A DNA stretch of 64,000 nucleotides from an uncultured Planctomycetota bacterium (GTDB taxonomy: Bacteria; Planctomycetota; Planctomycetia; Isosphaerales; Isosphaeraceae), in assembly GCA_963845755.1 (NCBI GenBank), contig CAWJTV010000029.1, forward strand, positions 384,001 to 448,000, in the 5' to 3' direction. Under the pieces are notes generated by a model. That model worked only from the letters and a program-made list of their open reading frames with translations. It was not told where the DNA came from and searched no databases. The translations under genes and the position numbers were made by a program. Shown piece by piece: positions 1-8,825 of this stretch. Positions within the stretch are counted from its first letter, which is position 1. Each line of letters opens with the position of its first letter.

Positions 1-144
1 CCAGCAGGCCGGTCGATCGTGAAGGGCGGCCCACAGGTGGACCAGGACCAAGATGTGGGGCTGGTAGGAGACGTTGACCTGGCGGATCGAGCCACCCACC
101 GCCATGACGAGGTGATACAGTTGCGGCCAGAGTTCCAGTTCCAT
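1..144 (-). CDS. Probable IS transposase, N-terminus only (runs off window)
   Basis: Manual translation MELELWPQLYHLVMAVGGSIRQVNVSYQPHILVLVHLWAALHDRPACW with a GAGGAGG RBS; resembles planctomycete DDE transposase N-termini (recall, not searched). Confidence 0.45.
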   Translation of the reverse strand, partial: MELELWPQLYHLVMAVGGSIRQVNVSYQPHILVLVHLWAALHDRPACW

Positions 145-497
145 AGTTGCCCTCCTCTGAGGATTGTCTCTACTTCCATACATAGATACGATCCTGGGAG
201 GGAAATTGTTCTGACATAAAGACTTGCGACCTAAATGGAATAAGTTGGTTGCCCCGGGCTGGTTTGTCGGGGCCCCTTCGGGGCGATTCGTGGCGGCTTC
301 GTGGTCACCAATTCGCGGCTTCCTGATCGGTCGGCGCGCGAAATCCGGATGAACCATTAATAGCCAAAAGCCTCCCACACGAAGCAGGCGGCACCGCCCA
401 CCTCGGCCACGACCGCCGGAATCACCTCTGCACCGCCTGACCGGATCACCGCCGGCAACACCCCGCCGTCCATCTGTCCGTCCCTCCCTCGCCGGTT

Positions 498-525
498 ATC
501 CTTGATAACGTCCTTTATCAAGGAC
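498..525. other. dif/Xer-like tyrosine-recombinase site A
   Basis: ATCCTTGATAA-CGTCCT-TTATCAAGGAC, 11-6-11 layout with 10-bp perfect inverted arms; hairpin extends to 488-536. Confidence 0.7.
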
Positions 526-647
526 GACCCGGCGAGACAAGCAGCGATGCTTGACCTGCCGCGATTCCCCCGCCCCGGCTTGGCAAACGTCCCCAGCCAT
601 GGTAATCTGTACGTTAATGATAACGAACTGATGATGAGTACCGCCCC

Positions 648-967
648 GTGACGCATAGCGACTTCAACCACCTCCTAAGCAGCATCAAGGGCCTGTCGCC
701 GGAGCAGCTCCGCCAGCAGCTCGACCGCCAGCTCGCCCAGCCGGAGAAGCCCGCGCCCCGGCAGCCACCAAGACCGCCAAGCGCGTCAAGGCCGCAACGC
801 CGCCCAAAAAGACGCTGACGCCTGCCGAGATAGATCAATACATGCTGAGCATCGGCTTGTTGAGTCAGTTGCCAGATACCGCCGCCGACTATGACGATCC
901 CGACGATGAGCCGATCACCATCAAGGGCGAGCCGCTGTCGGAAACCATCATCCGCGAGCGGCGCTGA
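648..967 (+). CDS. Orphan antitoxin-like protein (one frameshift near 768)
   Basis: GTG start gives VTHSDFNHLLSSIKGLSPEQLRQ; second frame ends ITIKGEPLSETIIRERR*, a tail typical of antitoxins preceding PIN toxins. Confidence 0.55.
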
Positions 968-1230
968 CGGTGGCCGCCGCCGATGAGGACAACATGCCGC
1001 TGAACAAACCAAACCGGTGAGCAGCTTGCCCCGGAACAACTCGCCCGGGCGAGAAGGGAACAGACGGCCTCCGGTGCGGGTAATATGGTCAATCCTTCCC
1101 ATGTCGCCGCGTCCAACGTCGGCCTGCATGACGCGTGCATGATCTTCGAGCGGCCGTAACCAACGGTGCCGCTTCGCTTGGCAACCGGCGGCGGTTGTGC
1201 TAGTCTGCAAATCATAGGAGCAAAACCTCT

Positions 1231-1485
1231 ATGACCATCCATTTATCGGGACAACGGGAGCGGATCGTTCTTTCCCTGCTGGCCGCCGGAAAATTCGCAT
1301 CGGCGGATGAGGTGATCGACGAAGCCTTGCGGCTGGTCGGGCAGCGGTATCAGGATGCGGATGCGGCGGCACAGCAGCTTGACAATCTCAGGCAATTGGG
1401 ACGCAAGCTGGACGCCATGCCGGTGGAATCCGCCGCCGATGGGCTGACCAACCGCGACCATGACCGGCTGCTCTACGGCAAATGA
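1231..1485 (+). CDS. ParD-like ribbon-helix-helix antitoxin
   Basis: GKFASADEVIDEALRL motif; stop overlaps the toxin start (ATGA). Confidence 0.75.
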   Translation: MTIHLSGQRERIVLSLLAAGKFASADEVIDEALRLVGQRYQDADAAAQQLDNLRQLGRKLDAMPVESAADGLTNRDHDRLLYGK

Positions 1486-1883
1486 CGCCGATCTTCGTTG
1501 ATACCGGTGCATGGTTCGCCCGGTTCGTGCCGTCCGATCCCGACCATCCGGCCGCCCGCGAGTGGTTCGAGCACAATACGCATCCCTTGCTGACCACGGA
1601 TTACATCGTCGATGAATTGCTGACCGTGCTCAAGGTACGCGGCGAGTTTCAGCGTGCCCTGGAAGTCGGCCCCGCCTTGCTCAACGGCGATGTGTGCCAC
1701 CTCGAATGGGTGAGCCGGGCCGATGTGGCGAACGCCTGGAAGGTATTTTCCGCCTATCGGGAGAAAGGCTGGAGCTTCACCGATTGCATCAGCCGGGCCG
1801 TGATGGAACGGCTTGGCATCGCCACGGCGGTGGCGTTCGATGAGCATTTCCGCCAGTTCGGGACCGTCACCGTCCTGCCGTGA
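1482..1883 (+). CDS. vapC: PIN-domain toxin (VapC family)
   Basis: IFVDTGAW...DE...SFTDC...AFDEHF acidic PIN motifs, 133 aa. Confidence 0.9.
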   Translation: MTPIFVDTGAWFARFVPSDPDHPAAREWFEHNTHPLLTTDYIVDELLTVLKVRGEFQRALEVGPALLNGDVCHLEWVSRADVANAWKVFSAYREKGWSFTDCISRAVMERLGIATAVAFDEHFRQFGTVTVLP

Positions 1884-2003
1884 CGGCAACCGGCCTGCCC
1901 GGTCGGAACCGTTATCCCCTCACCCTCGCCAACTGGCGCATCTGACGCCCGCCGCTGGTCGATCCTTCGTTTGCTGGACGCCGGACAGAGGACCCTGTGG
2001 GTG

Positions 2004-2031
2004 GTATCCGATAAAGGGCGTTATTGGATGG
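2004..2031. other. dif/Xer-like tyrosine-recombinase site B
   Basis: GTATCCGATAA-AGGGCG-TTATTGGATGG; imperfect hairpin extends 1996-2041. Confidence 0.65.
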
Positions 2032-2047
2032 ACTGTCCACAATCCAC

Positions 2048-3139
2048 TTATGATTCTGGAAGCTTGTCAGCCTCTAGGTAGTTGGCGAGTTTGGCGACAA
2101 GCTTAGTTCGCTCCGAACTTGTGGCCAACTCCAGACCTGGCAAAAAATTCTCGTTTGTCTTTACGAATCGAGCAGTTCGGATGAGTATAGAACGAACATT
2201 ATCAATTGACCGATCTATAAAATTTTTGGCGATAATTGTTTGTTCCACCGGAATCTTGGTTCCGACAGCGTGAGCACCGTCGAAGTTACTTCTGATCACA
2301 ATAATTGGGATGATCTGACTCTCTATCTGAGCATCCGTGTATCCAAGAAGCCTGCACGTAGCCCTGATTTTATCATTTGTCTGACCAGGTGCCGCCTTAT
2401 TTACCAGTAATATTTCAAGACATTTTGCCAGATTTATAATAACTTCTGAATACATTTGGTATGGAGCTGAAATAACCTCATGAGGAGATAAAAAACGTAA
2501 CGCGTGCTGAAAATACACAGACGCCGTAATCAGACGCGGGCATGATTGAATCCACTGTTTTTGAAGATCAATTGCCTCAAATATTAACTTATCTCTGGTA
2601 TCCCTTGACAAAGGCAGGAGCCTGGCCATAAAAGCTTCTGGCGCTACCACTAACGTGAACTTAATTTGGTCGGCTATCTCTCCCTGAATCGCAACAACAT
2701 CAACAAATATACCAAATATTATTGATAACGAAGATGTTAAGGTTGAAACAATAAAATCAGTCGCTGCATGCAAATCATTCTGATTATTAATTATCAATTT
2801 ATACGTAAACTCACTGCCATTGACAGAGATCGTACGATCTGGCAACGTGTCCCAGTTGCCTGTCCCAGTTGCTGCAGGCAGAAATTCTGATGATTCTGAT
2901 GATAATACACCTGTATTTCTATCAATAGTTATCCGAGTGGGGCTGCCTACGATTCCCGTAACACGAGGTGACGTGGTTTCCGATGGTTCAAATAATTCCT
3001 TAGGTGCCAGTCTGCCTACAAGGGTAAGCACCGCCGGATATGTAAGGTGGTCCAAAGACCGAAGCGGTGGCGTCGAATCAATGGAAAGGTTTCGTTGTCG
3101 TACAAGAAAACATGGCATAGAATCACCTGCAGATCGCAT
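2048..3139 (-). CDS. AT-rich hypothetical protein with putative C-terminal HEPN domain
   Basis: 363-aa ORF, visibly AT-rich; YFQHAL...NLAKCLEIL helices followed by R-x6-H (RSNFDGAH). Confidence 0.55.
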   Translation of the reverse strand: MRSAGDSMPCFLVRQRNLSIDSTPPLRSLDHLTYPAVLTLVGRLAPKELFEPSETTSPRVTGIVGSPTRITIDRNTGVLSSESSEFLPAATGTGNWDTLPDRTISVNGSEFTYKLIINNQNDLHAATDFIVSTLTSSLSIIFGIFVDVVAIQGEIADQIKFTLVVAPEAFMARLLPLSRDTRDKLIFEAIDLQKQWIQSCPRLITASVYFQHALRFLSPHEVISAPYQMYSEVIINLAKCLEILLVNKAAPGQTNDKIRATCRLLGYTDAQIESQIIPIIVIRSNFDGAHAVGTKIPVEQTIIAKNFIDRSIDNVRSILIRTARFVKTNENFLPGLELATSSERTKLVAKLANYLEADKLPES

Positions 3140-3192
3140 GACGAGGACTGTGAGACATCGAAGATGCTTCAGTTGCAGTCAGCGTACGTCCC

Positions 3193-4185
3193 TCAAATCG
3201 GAATCCGCTCGACGATGTTCCGCGTCACCCGCTTCTTCCTCCGGTCATAGAGCGTCGTCGTTCGCGGCTCCGCATGCCCGGCCAGATATTGCACGGCCTC
3301 CATCGGCACCCCCTGCTCCAGCAGCGAGGTGATCGCCGTCACCCGGAAGGAATGCGGCGACAGCCGCGACGGCAGCCCGGCATCCTTCAGCCGCCGCTTG
3401 ACCAGCTCGCAAATCCGCTCCGTGCCCAGCGGCTTGGCCGCCAGCTTCCGGCTCCGGCCGTTCGACGCCCTAAACAGCGGCGAATCCTTGGCCTCACCGG
3501 CGATGCCCGCCGCCTCGACATATGCCAGTATAAATTCCTCCAGGTCGTGCCGCACCGGGATTTCCCGGCTCTTGCCGCCTTTTTCCTGGAACCGCAGCAT
3601 GTATTGCTGGCCTGTCATGCTGAAAGTCGCCCAGCCGGAGCTTGGCCACCGCCCCGGCCCGGCAGGCGGTATAGGCCAGCGTGGCGAGGATCGCCCGGTC
3701 CCGCAGCCCGACCACATGGCCGGTCTATCTGACCGACCGCAGCAGCGTCGCGTCGGCCTGCTCGATGGTGATCTCCGGCGTCTTGCCCTCGATCACCTGA
3801 TCCTTGACGCCCCGCACCGACGACGCCGGGTTGAGGATGCAGACGTGCCGGTTCACCAGCCGGTCGAAGAAGCCACGAACGCCGCCAGATGCTGATTCCG
3901 CTTGGCGGGCGATCCGCCCAAGCCCACGAGGTACTGGCCGACCATGCCCGGCGTAATGGCCGCCAATGCCACCCCCTGCCCCTCGGCCCAGCCCAGGAAC
4001 GCCTTGACCGCCCGCAGATAGGCTTTCTGCGTGTGCGGGTTATGGTGCTCGGCATAGAAGAATTCCTCCCAGGCGAAGCGGCCGCCCCCCCGGCCCGCTC
4101 GACCAGATCCGGCAGCGTCGCCGCCGCACCCGTTGCTGGTACGCTCACCGCCGACGCTGTGACCAGTTCCGTGCTCATCACTCAT
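3193..4185 (-). CDS. Tyrosine recombinase/integrase (frameshifted in this sequence)
   Basis: N-terminal HNPHTQKAYLRAV SAM-like part; RDRAILATLAYTACR; EKGGK; HSFRVT; LAGHAEPRTTTLYDRR (R-K-H-R-H-Y), split over several frames. Confidence 0.9.
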
Positions 4186-4555
4186 CGCCCCGCTTCGCGC
4201 ACACCATCTCCTCGACCATCAGCCGGGACAGCTTGACCGTGGGATACATGTCATCTTCGAAGAGTCCATTATCCCGCCCCTCCCGCTTCACGACCTTGTC
4301 CATCAGCTTGCCCATCCTGGCCGCGGGATACCAGTCTCGCGTGACCGGATCGATCCGGATGGTCAACGTCCGGTCCGTCGGATGCATCAGCCTCTGACCC
4401 TCCCAATACCAGCCCGCATCAAGATAAACTTGAATGCTCGCTTCCTCATCGACCCCTCGGCGTTCCCGCCCCGCCCGTTCTTCCAGTGTGAGTCCATCGC
4501 CCCCGCTTTGATCGCCGCGCATGTATGCCGCCCCCTTTCTGATTCCATCATCCAT
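4178..4555 (-). CDS. Hypothetical protein overlapping the recombinase start
   Basis: 125-aa ORF whose end overlaps the integrase start. Confidence 0.55.
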   Translation of the reverse strand: MDDGIRKGAAYMRGDQSGGDGLTLEERAGRERRGVDEEASIQVYLDAGWYWEGQRLMHPTDRTLTIRIDPVTRDWYPAARMGKLMDKVVKREGRDNGLFEDDMYPTVKLSRLMVEEMVCAKRGDE

Positions 4556-4580
4556 CCCGGCACTGCGTTGTCAATCCCTA

Positions 4581-4608
4581 GCTGTAGATAAAGGGGATTA
4601 TCTACGCC
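4581..4608. other. dif/Xer-like tyrosine-recombinase site C
   Basis: GCTGTAGATAA-AGGGGA-TTATCTACGCC directly upstream of the recombinase operon. Confidence 0.7.
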
Positions 4609-4916
4609 TAGTGCCTCCGCTCACCAGGATGCACGTTGTTAACTTCCCCGGTATTTGTCACCCTCTTGCCCCGGTATTTGTCACCCTGCCTGGAAGAACC
4701 TGGCCATGACTTTTCCGGGCAACCAAGATGAGGCGTCGATCCCGGCGCGGCCGTGAGGGCACTTCGGCGGTAAGCGAAAATGGGTCTGCACAGACGGGTA
4801 ACCACCGGCCGCAGCAGACCCGGCGTTCCGGGATAGCCGGGGCGATTACTTTCGGGTGCAACGGCTGATCCATACTTGACCCGTTGCAGATACTTTGTTG
4901 GCCTTTCATTGATCGA

Positions 4917-5531
4917 TCACGCCTCGACGGTTTCCTCGTAGACGCGCCGGCCCGTAGGAGACCAATACCGGTAGGCGGTACACGTCCATTTCGTCATGAG
5001 CCGCCGAAACCCGTAGAACTGCATCACCTCCACCCGAGGAAAAGGTGGCGCGCCAGGCCGCCAAACGGTATGGACTGACGCTTGGCGGTGTCGCCGTGTC
5101 CGTGAGGGAATAGCCATACGAAAGATGAGGTCCCGAGACGATGGTCGGCCATCTGTCGCAATCCAGCTTTGTGACCCTGGACACCAGGCCCACTGCCCGA
5201 ACCAGTCGAACTCCGGAAGGCCCGTGAAACTGAAACCGTTGGCCCCGTAGCCCGATGGCCAGGCGAAGCTTCCGTCCGCAGTCCATCGGGCTTTATTCGG
5301 CGCCATCCAGTGAGAGCACCGACCAATCTGCGTGAGGACGCGGTGGGGGCCAGCCACTAGCCGGGCCAACGCTTCGGCATCGGCGTAGATAGTGTCGAGC
5401 ACGACCGGCCACAGCGTGGGATCATCCTCTTCGCCAAGCAGCGGGGCGATTACCGGCTCGAACAAAGGCCAGAATTCGAGATGCTCTGCCATGTAGCCTC
5501 CCCTGCCAAGAATTCCAGTCAACCGGCGCAA
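4917..5531 (-). CDS. Trp-rich hypothetical cargo protein
   Basis: 204-aa ORF; likely start at MAEHLEF after GGAGG. Confidence 0.6.
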   Translation of the reverse strand: MRRLTGILGRGGYMAEHLEFWPLFEPVIAPLLGEEDDPTLWPVVLDTIYADAEALARLVAGPHRVLTQIGRCSHWMAPNKARWTADGSFAWPSGYGANGFSFTGLPEFDWFGQWAWCPGSQSWIATDGRPSSRDLIFRMAIPSRTRRHRQASVHTVWRPGAPPFPRVEVMQFYGFRRLMTKWTCTAYRYWSPTGRRVYEETVEA

Positions 5532-6311
5532 GCCTTGGCGTGTGTTAATCCTCGACTCTAATCTACCCGTTACCCTTCCTCGCCGCGCCCAGGACCGAGT
5601 GTCAAGTTTCGATTATCGATCACTGTTTGTGCTCGGTCTGCGTCTATTCACCCTTTACACCTGGGACATTTGTGGGACATCCCTTGGGCGATCGCCTGCT
5701 GGCCGGAGATTCGGCGCGGTCAATCCCCAAATGATAACAGTCCGCACCGCTCCTTGCGTCTGACAAGCACTCGCATGACGACGTATCCGCGACGCGGAGT
5801 CGCAAGGGTCAAACCACCTCCGCCAGGAATCAAGAGCCGATTGCGTCATCCATTATCGAAAGGCGCAACAATTACGCCTTTCATAGGCATCCTCCGATCA
5901 TCCGGTTTTCGCTGCAGCCTGTTTTTGGCCGCTCAGCAGCTTCTTACCGTCCGGCCTGAGCTTCCCTTGGGATCGACATGGCGGTAGAGCGTCTGGCGGG
6001 TGATTCCCAGCTCGGCACATAGCTCGCCCACTTTCGTCTCCGGCTCCCCCATCGACGCCATTGCCAGGCGGAGCTTGGCGGCGGTCATCTTATAGGGTCG
6101 GCCGCCGTTCCTCCCCCGGCGCGGGCGGCGGCCATGCCCGCCTTGGTCCGCTCGACGATCAATTCGCGCTCGAAATCGGCCAGGGCGGCGAAGATGCCGA
6201 AGACCAGCTTGCCGCTCGGGGATGTGGTGTCGATGCTCGCCCCGTGGCCGCTCAGGACCTTGAAGCCGATGCCGCGCACGGTCAGATCGTGCACGGTGTT
6301 GACCAAGTGTC

Positions 6312-7220
6312 TCAGAGGGGATTTGGAAAATTAAGCGGCCTGGAAATCTCGACCCCCTCATTTTGTGAAACTAGGGAATATTGGTGCGTCGGTTCCAAAC
6401 GTCGGAGCATAATATGAATCATTGCCATCTGAATCATAGCCTCACTCGTCTCGGTCAATCCCTCGTAGTCCTTACTCAGTCGGCGATATCGTCCCAGCCA
6501 GCCGAACGTCCGCTCCACCACCCACCGCTTCGGCAGCAGCTTGAACCCTTTGGTATCGTCCGTCCGCTTGATCACCTGCAACTCCCAACCGCATTCGCTC
6601 TCGACCCAGGCGATCAGCCATCCCTTCTCATAGATGCCATCGGCCCAGATGACCTTCAACCGCGGACAGCGACCCTTGACCTTCTCCAGCACCGGCTTGG
6701 CCCCGTGGTAGTCCTGCACCCCTGCGGACGTCACGACCACCGCGATCAGCAGGCCCAGGGTGTCCACCAAGATATGCCGCTTCCGGCCCTTCACCTTCTT
6801 CCCCGCATCGAAGCCCTGGATCCCGCCCACCTCGGTTGTCTTGACCGACTGGCTGTCCAGGCTGGCTGCCGACGGTTCGGGATCGCGTTCCGACGCCTCC
6901 CGTACCATCGGCCGCAACGCGTCATGAATCCGCGCGATCGTCCCGGTGCGCCGCCACTGACTGAAGTAGTCGTAGGCGGTCCCGGGCGGGGGAAAGTCAT
7001 GAGGCAGCAGGTCCCAGGCACAGCCGGTGCGGAGCACGTAGAGGATGGCGTTGAGGACCTCTCGCATGTCGGTCGGTGCGCGGTCGTCCGCCGCCCGGCG
7101 GCGGGGGCAACAGGAGTGGATCATTTCCCATTGGGCATCGGTGAGGTCGGTCTCGTAGGGGGTTCGCGATTGCGTGGTCGGGGTCCGCGGAGGTCGCTGA
7201 GGCTTGTGGGCTCGTGGCAT
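6312..7220 (-). CDS. IS5-family transposase
   Basis: YETDLTDAQW, LDSQSVKT, GRKRHILVDTLG, RWVVERTFGWLGRYRRLSKDYE. Confidence 0.95.
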   Translation of the reverse strand: MPRAHKPQRPPRTPTTQSRTPYETDLTDAQWEMIHSCCPRRRAADDRAPTDMREVLNAILYVLRTGCAWDLLPHDFPPPGTAYDYFSQWRRTGTIARIHDALRPMVREASERDPEPSAASLDSQSVKTTEVGGIQGFDAGKKVKGRKRHILVDTLGLLIAVVVTSAGVQDYHGAKPVLEKVKGRCPRLKVIWADGIYEKGWLIAWVESECGWELQVIKRTDDTKGFKLLPKRWVVERTFGWLGRYRRLSKDYEGLTETSEAMIQMAMIHIMLRRLEPTHQYSLVSQNEGVEISRPLNFPNPL

Positions 7221-7329
7221 GGCGTCATCAGAGGAAAAGGATGTCGGAGTTCAAGGAGGCCAACGACCCGTTTCTACGTCAATGCACACCGAAGGTTCGC
7301 CTAATCCCTGTAAGTTCCCAGATCCCCTC
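6315..7329 (-). mobile_element. IS5-family element (IS1031-like)
   Basis: Inverted repeats GAGGGGATTTGGAAAATTA / TAAGTTCCCAGATCCCCTC; 3-bp TCA duplication at 6312-6314 and 7330-7332. Confidence 0.9.
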
Positions 7330-7589
7330 TCAGATCGCGGCCCAGCCGATCGAGCTTCCAGACGACCAGCGTGTCGCCCTGCCGCAACGCCTTCAGGCAG
7401 GCCGCCAGGCCGGGCCGGTCATCCCGCTTGCCGGAGGCGGCATCTTCATAGAGGTGTCGGGCATCAACCCCGGCTGCCAGCAGGGCATCGCGTTGCAGGT
7501 CGGTCACCTGGCTGCCGTCCGCCTTGCTCACCCGCATGTAGCCGACCAGCATGTCCCCTCCCTCCCATTGACGGATCAACCGATTTTCC

Positions 7590-7715
7590 ATGTCACTTAA
7601 ACGTTCGGTTGCGTGACGAACGGCTTTGGGCGGCATCATCGCCGCAAATCCGTCACGTAACCTGTCACATTTTCTAAGTTGCATAAACCATCGCCATAGT
7701 TGATTGAGTGACAGG
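7590..7715. promoter_or_regulatory. Putative res site of element 1
   Basis: Palindromic TGTCACTTAAACGTTCGGTTGCGTGACG plus further GTCAC/GTGAC half-sites upstream of the resolvase. Confidence 0.6.
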
Positions 7716-7805
7716 CCATTCCGGGGGGGTGACAAATAGCAGGGAAAGAAGGATGACAAATAGCGAGTCACTTAACACATGCGTGCTGTTAACTTCCCCG
7801 AAATG

Positions 7806-7926
7806 GGTTCTCCCGCACTTTTGATGATCCACGACCGCCAACTCACACCGAAATCCCCATCTTGACGCGATTCTCGGTCGTTTCGGCCCGGAGTGGCACC
7901 ATCCTCATCAAGAGTGCGGAAGAACC
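7806..7926. mobile_element. 121-bp MITE inserted in the left end of element 2
   Basis: Terminal inverted repeats GGTTCTCCCGCACTTTTGATGA / TCATCAAGAGTGCGGAAGAACC (20/22 match); no ORF. Confidence 0.75.
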
Positions 7927-7996
7927 AGTAAATGTCACCCTTTTTGTCCCGCTATTTGTCACCCTGCTTCAAAGAAGCCAGCCATGAGGTTTCCTT

Positions 7997-8562
7997 TCAA
8001 GATGCGTTGATGCCGGCCTCGCGCACATAGGCATAGAGCGTCGGCTTGCTGATGCCGACCGTGTGGCAGATTTCGGCGACGGTGTGCTTCCGCTGCCGGT
8101 ACAGATCGACTGCCAATGATTTCTGCCTGGCATCGAGCGACTTCGGCCTGCCACCGGTACGCCCCCTGGCCCTGGCGGCGGTCAGGCCGGCGTGGGTGCG
8201 TTCGCGGATCAGGTTGCGTTCAAATTCGGCCAGTGCCCCGAAGACATGAAATACCAGCTTGCCGCCCGGTGTGGTGGTGTCGATGGCCTCTTGCACGCTC
8301 TGGAAGCCGATGCCCTGCCGTTCCAGCTCCGACATCAGCTCGATGAGATGTTTGAGTGACCGGCCCAGCCGGTCGAGCCGCCACACCACCAGCACGTCAC
8401 CTTGCCGCAGCAGCTCCGCGCCCGTTCCAGGCCGGAGCGTTGTTGCTTGCTGCCGCTGGCGGTGTCCTCGATGATCTTTTCGCATCCGGCTTTGGTCAGG
8501 GCGTCTTTCTGCAAATCGGGGTTCTGTTCGGAGGTGGAAACGCGGGCATATCCTATACGCAT
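7997..8562 (-). CDS. Serine resolvase/invertase (one frameshift)
   Basis: MRIGYARVSTSEQNPDLQ, VVWRLDRLGRS, C-terminal HTH. Confidence 0.92.
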
Positions 8563-8582
8563 GGCCATATTTTCCACGATTG

Positions 8583-8716
8583 GTAAAGAAACTCGCCGAG
8601 TTGCGGCGACTTCTTACGTTGATTTCTTTACCGAGTTTTCTTACTCCAAAACTCGGGAGAAAGCAAGCGCGACCAAATCCGGCGCGGGAAGTAAGAAAAA
8701 CGAGGGTTTTCTTTAC
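8583..8716. promoter_or_regulatory. res site of element 2 (subsites; site I-like at 8691-8716)
   Basis: Multiple GTAAAGAAA/TTTCTTTAC half-sites upstream of the resolvase. Confidence 0.7.
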
Positions 8717-8825
8717 CAGGCGTTGGGTAGCGGCAAACGCGAGATAGTGTGCTTAGCATTGAGTTCGTGCGACAAATGTCAGATAATGCCCTCGTCCTGA
8801 GCATCGCACTCGCGAGGGCCGCCAC

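Larger units (their letters stand above)
5897..7552 (-). pseudogene. tniR: Serine resolvase (TniR-like) interrupted by IS5
   Basis: MLVGYMRVSKADGSQVTDLQRDALLAAGV...DRLGRDL|RHLVNTVHDL reads through once the IS is removed; C-terminal HTH GITRQTLYRH. Confidence 0.85.
4637..7777. mobile_element. Non-autonomous Tn552/Tn5053-like transposon (element 1)
   Basis: Left end TGTTAACTTCCCCGGTATTTGTCACCC with repeated TATTTGTCACCC boxes; right end ...TGACAAATAGCGAGTCACTTAACA; contains resolvase and res but no transposase. Confidence 0.75.

Noticed and set aside
205..232. Additional dif-like site (GACATAA-AGACTT)
   Set aside because: Only one arm is present; no TTAT partner
488..4611. Classical integron
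   Set aside because: Sites lack the attC RYYYAAC/GTTRRRY boxes and no IntI-specific insertion is evident in the recombinase
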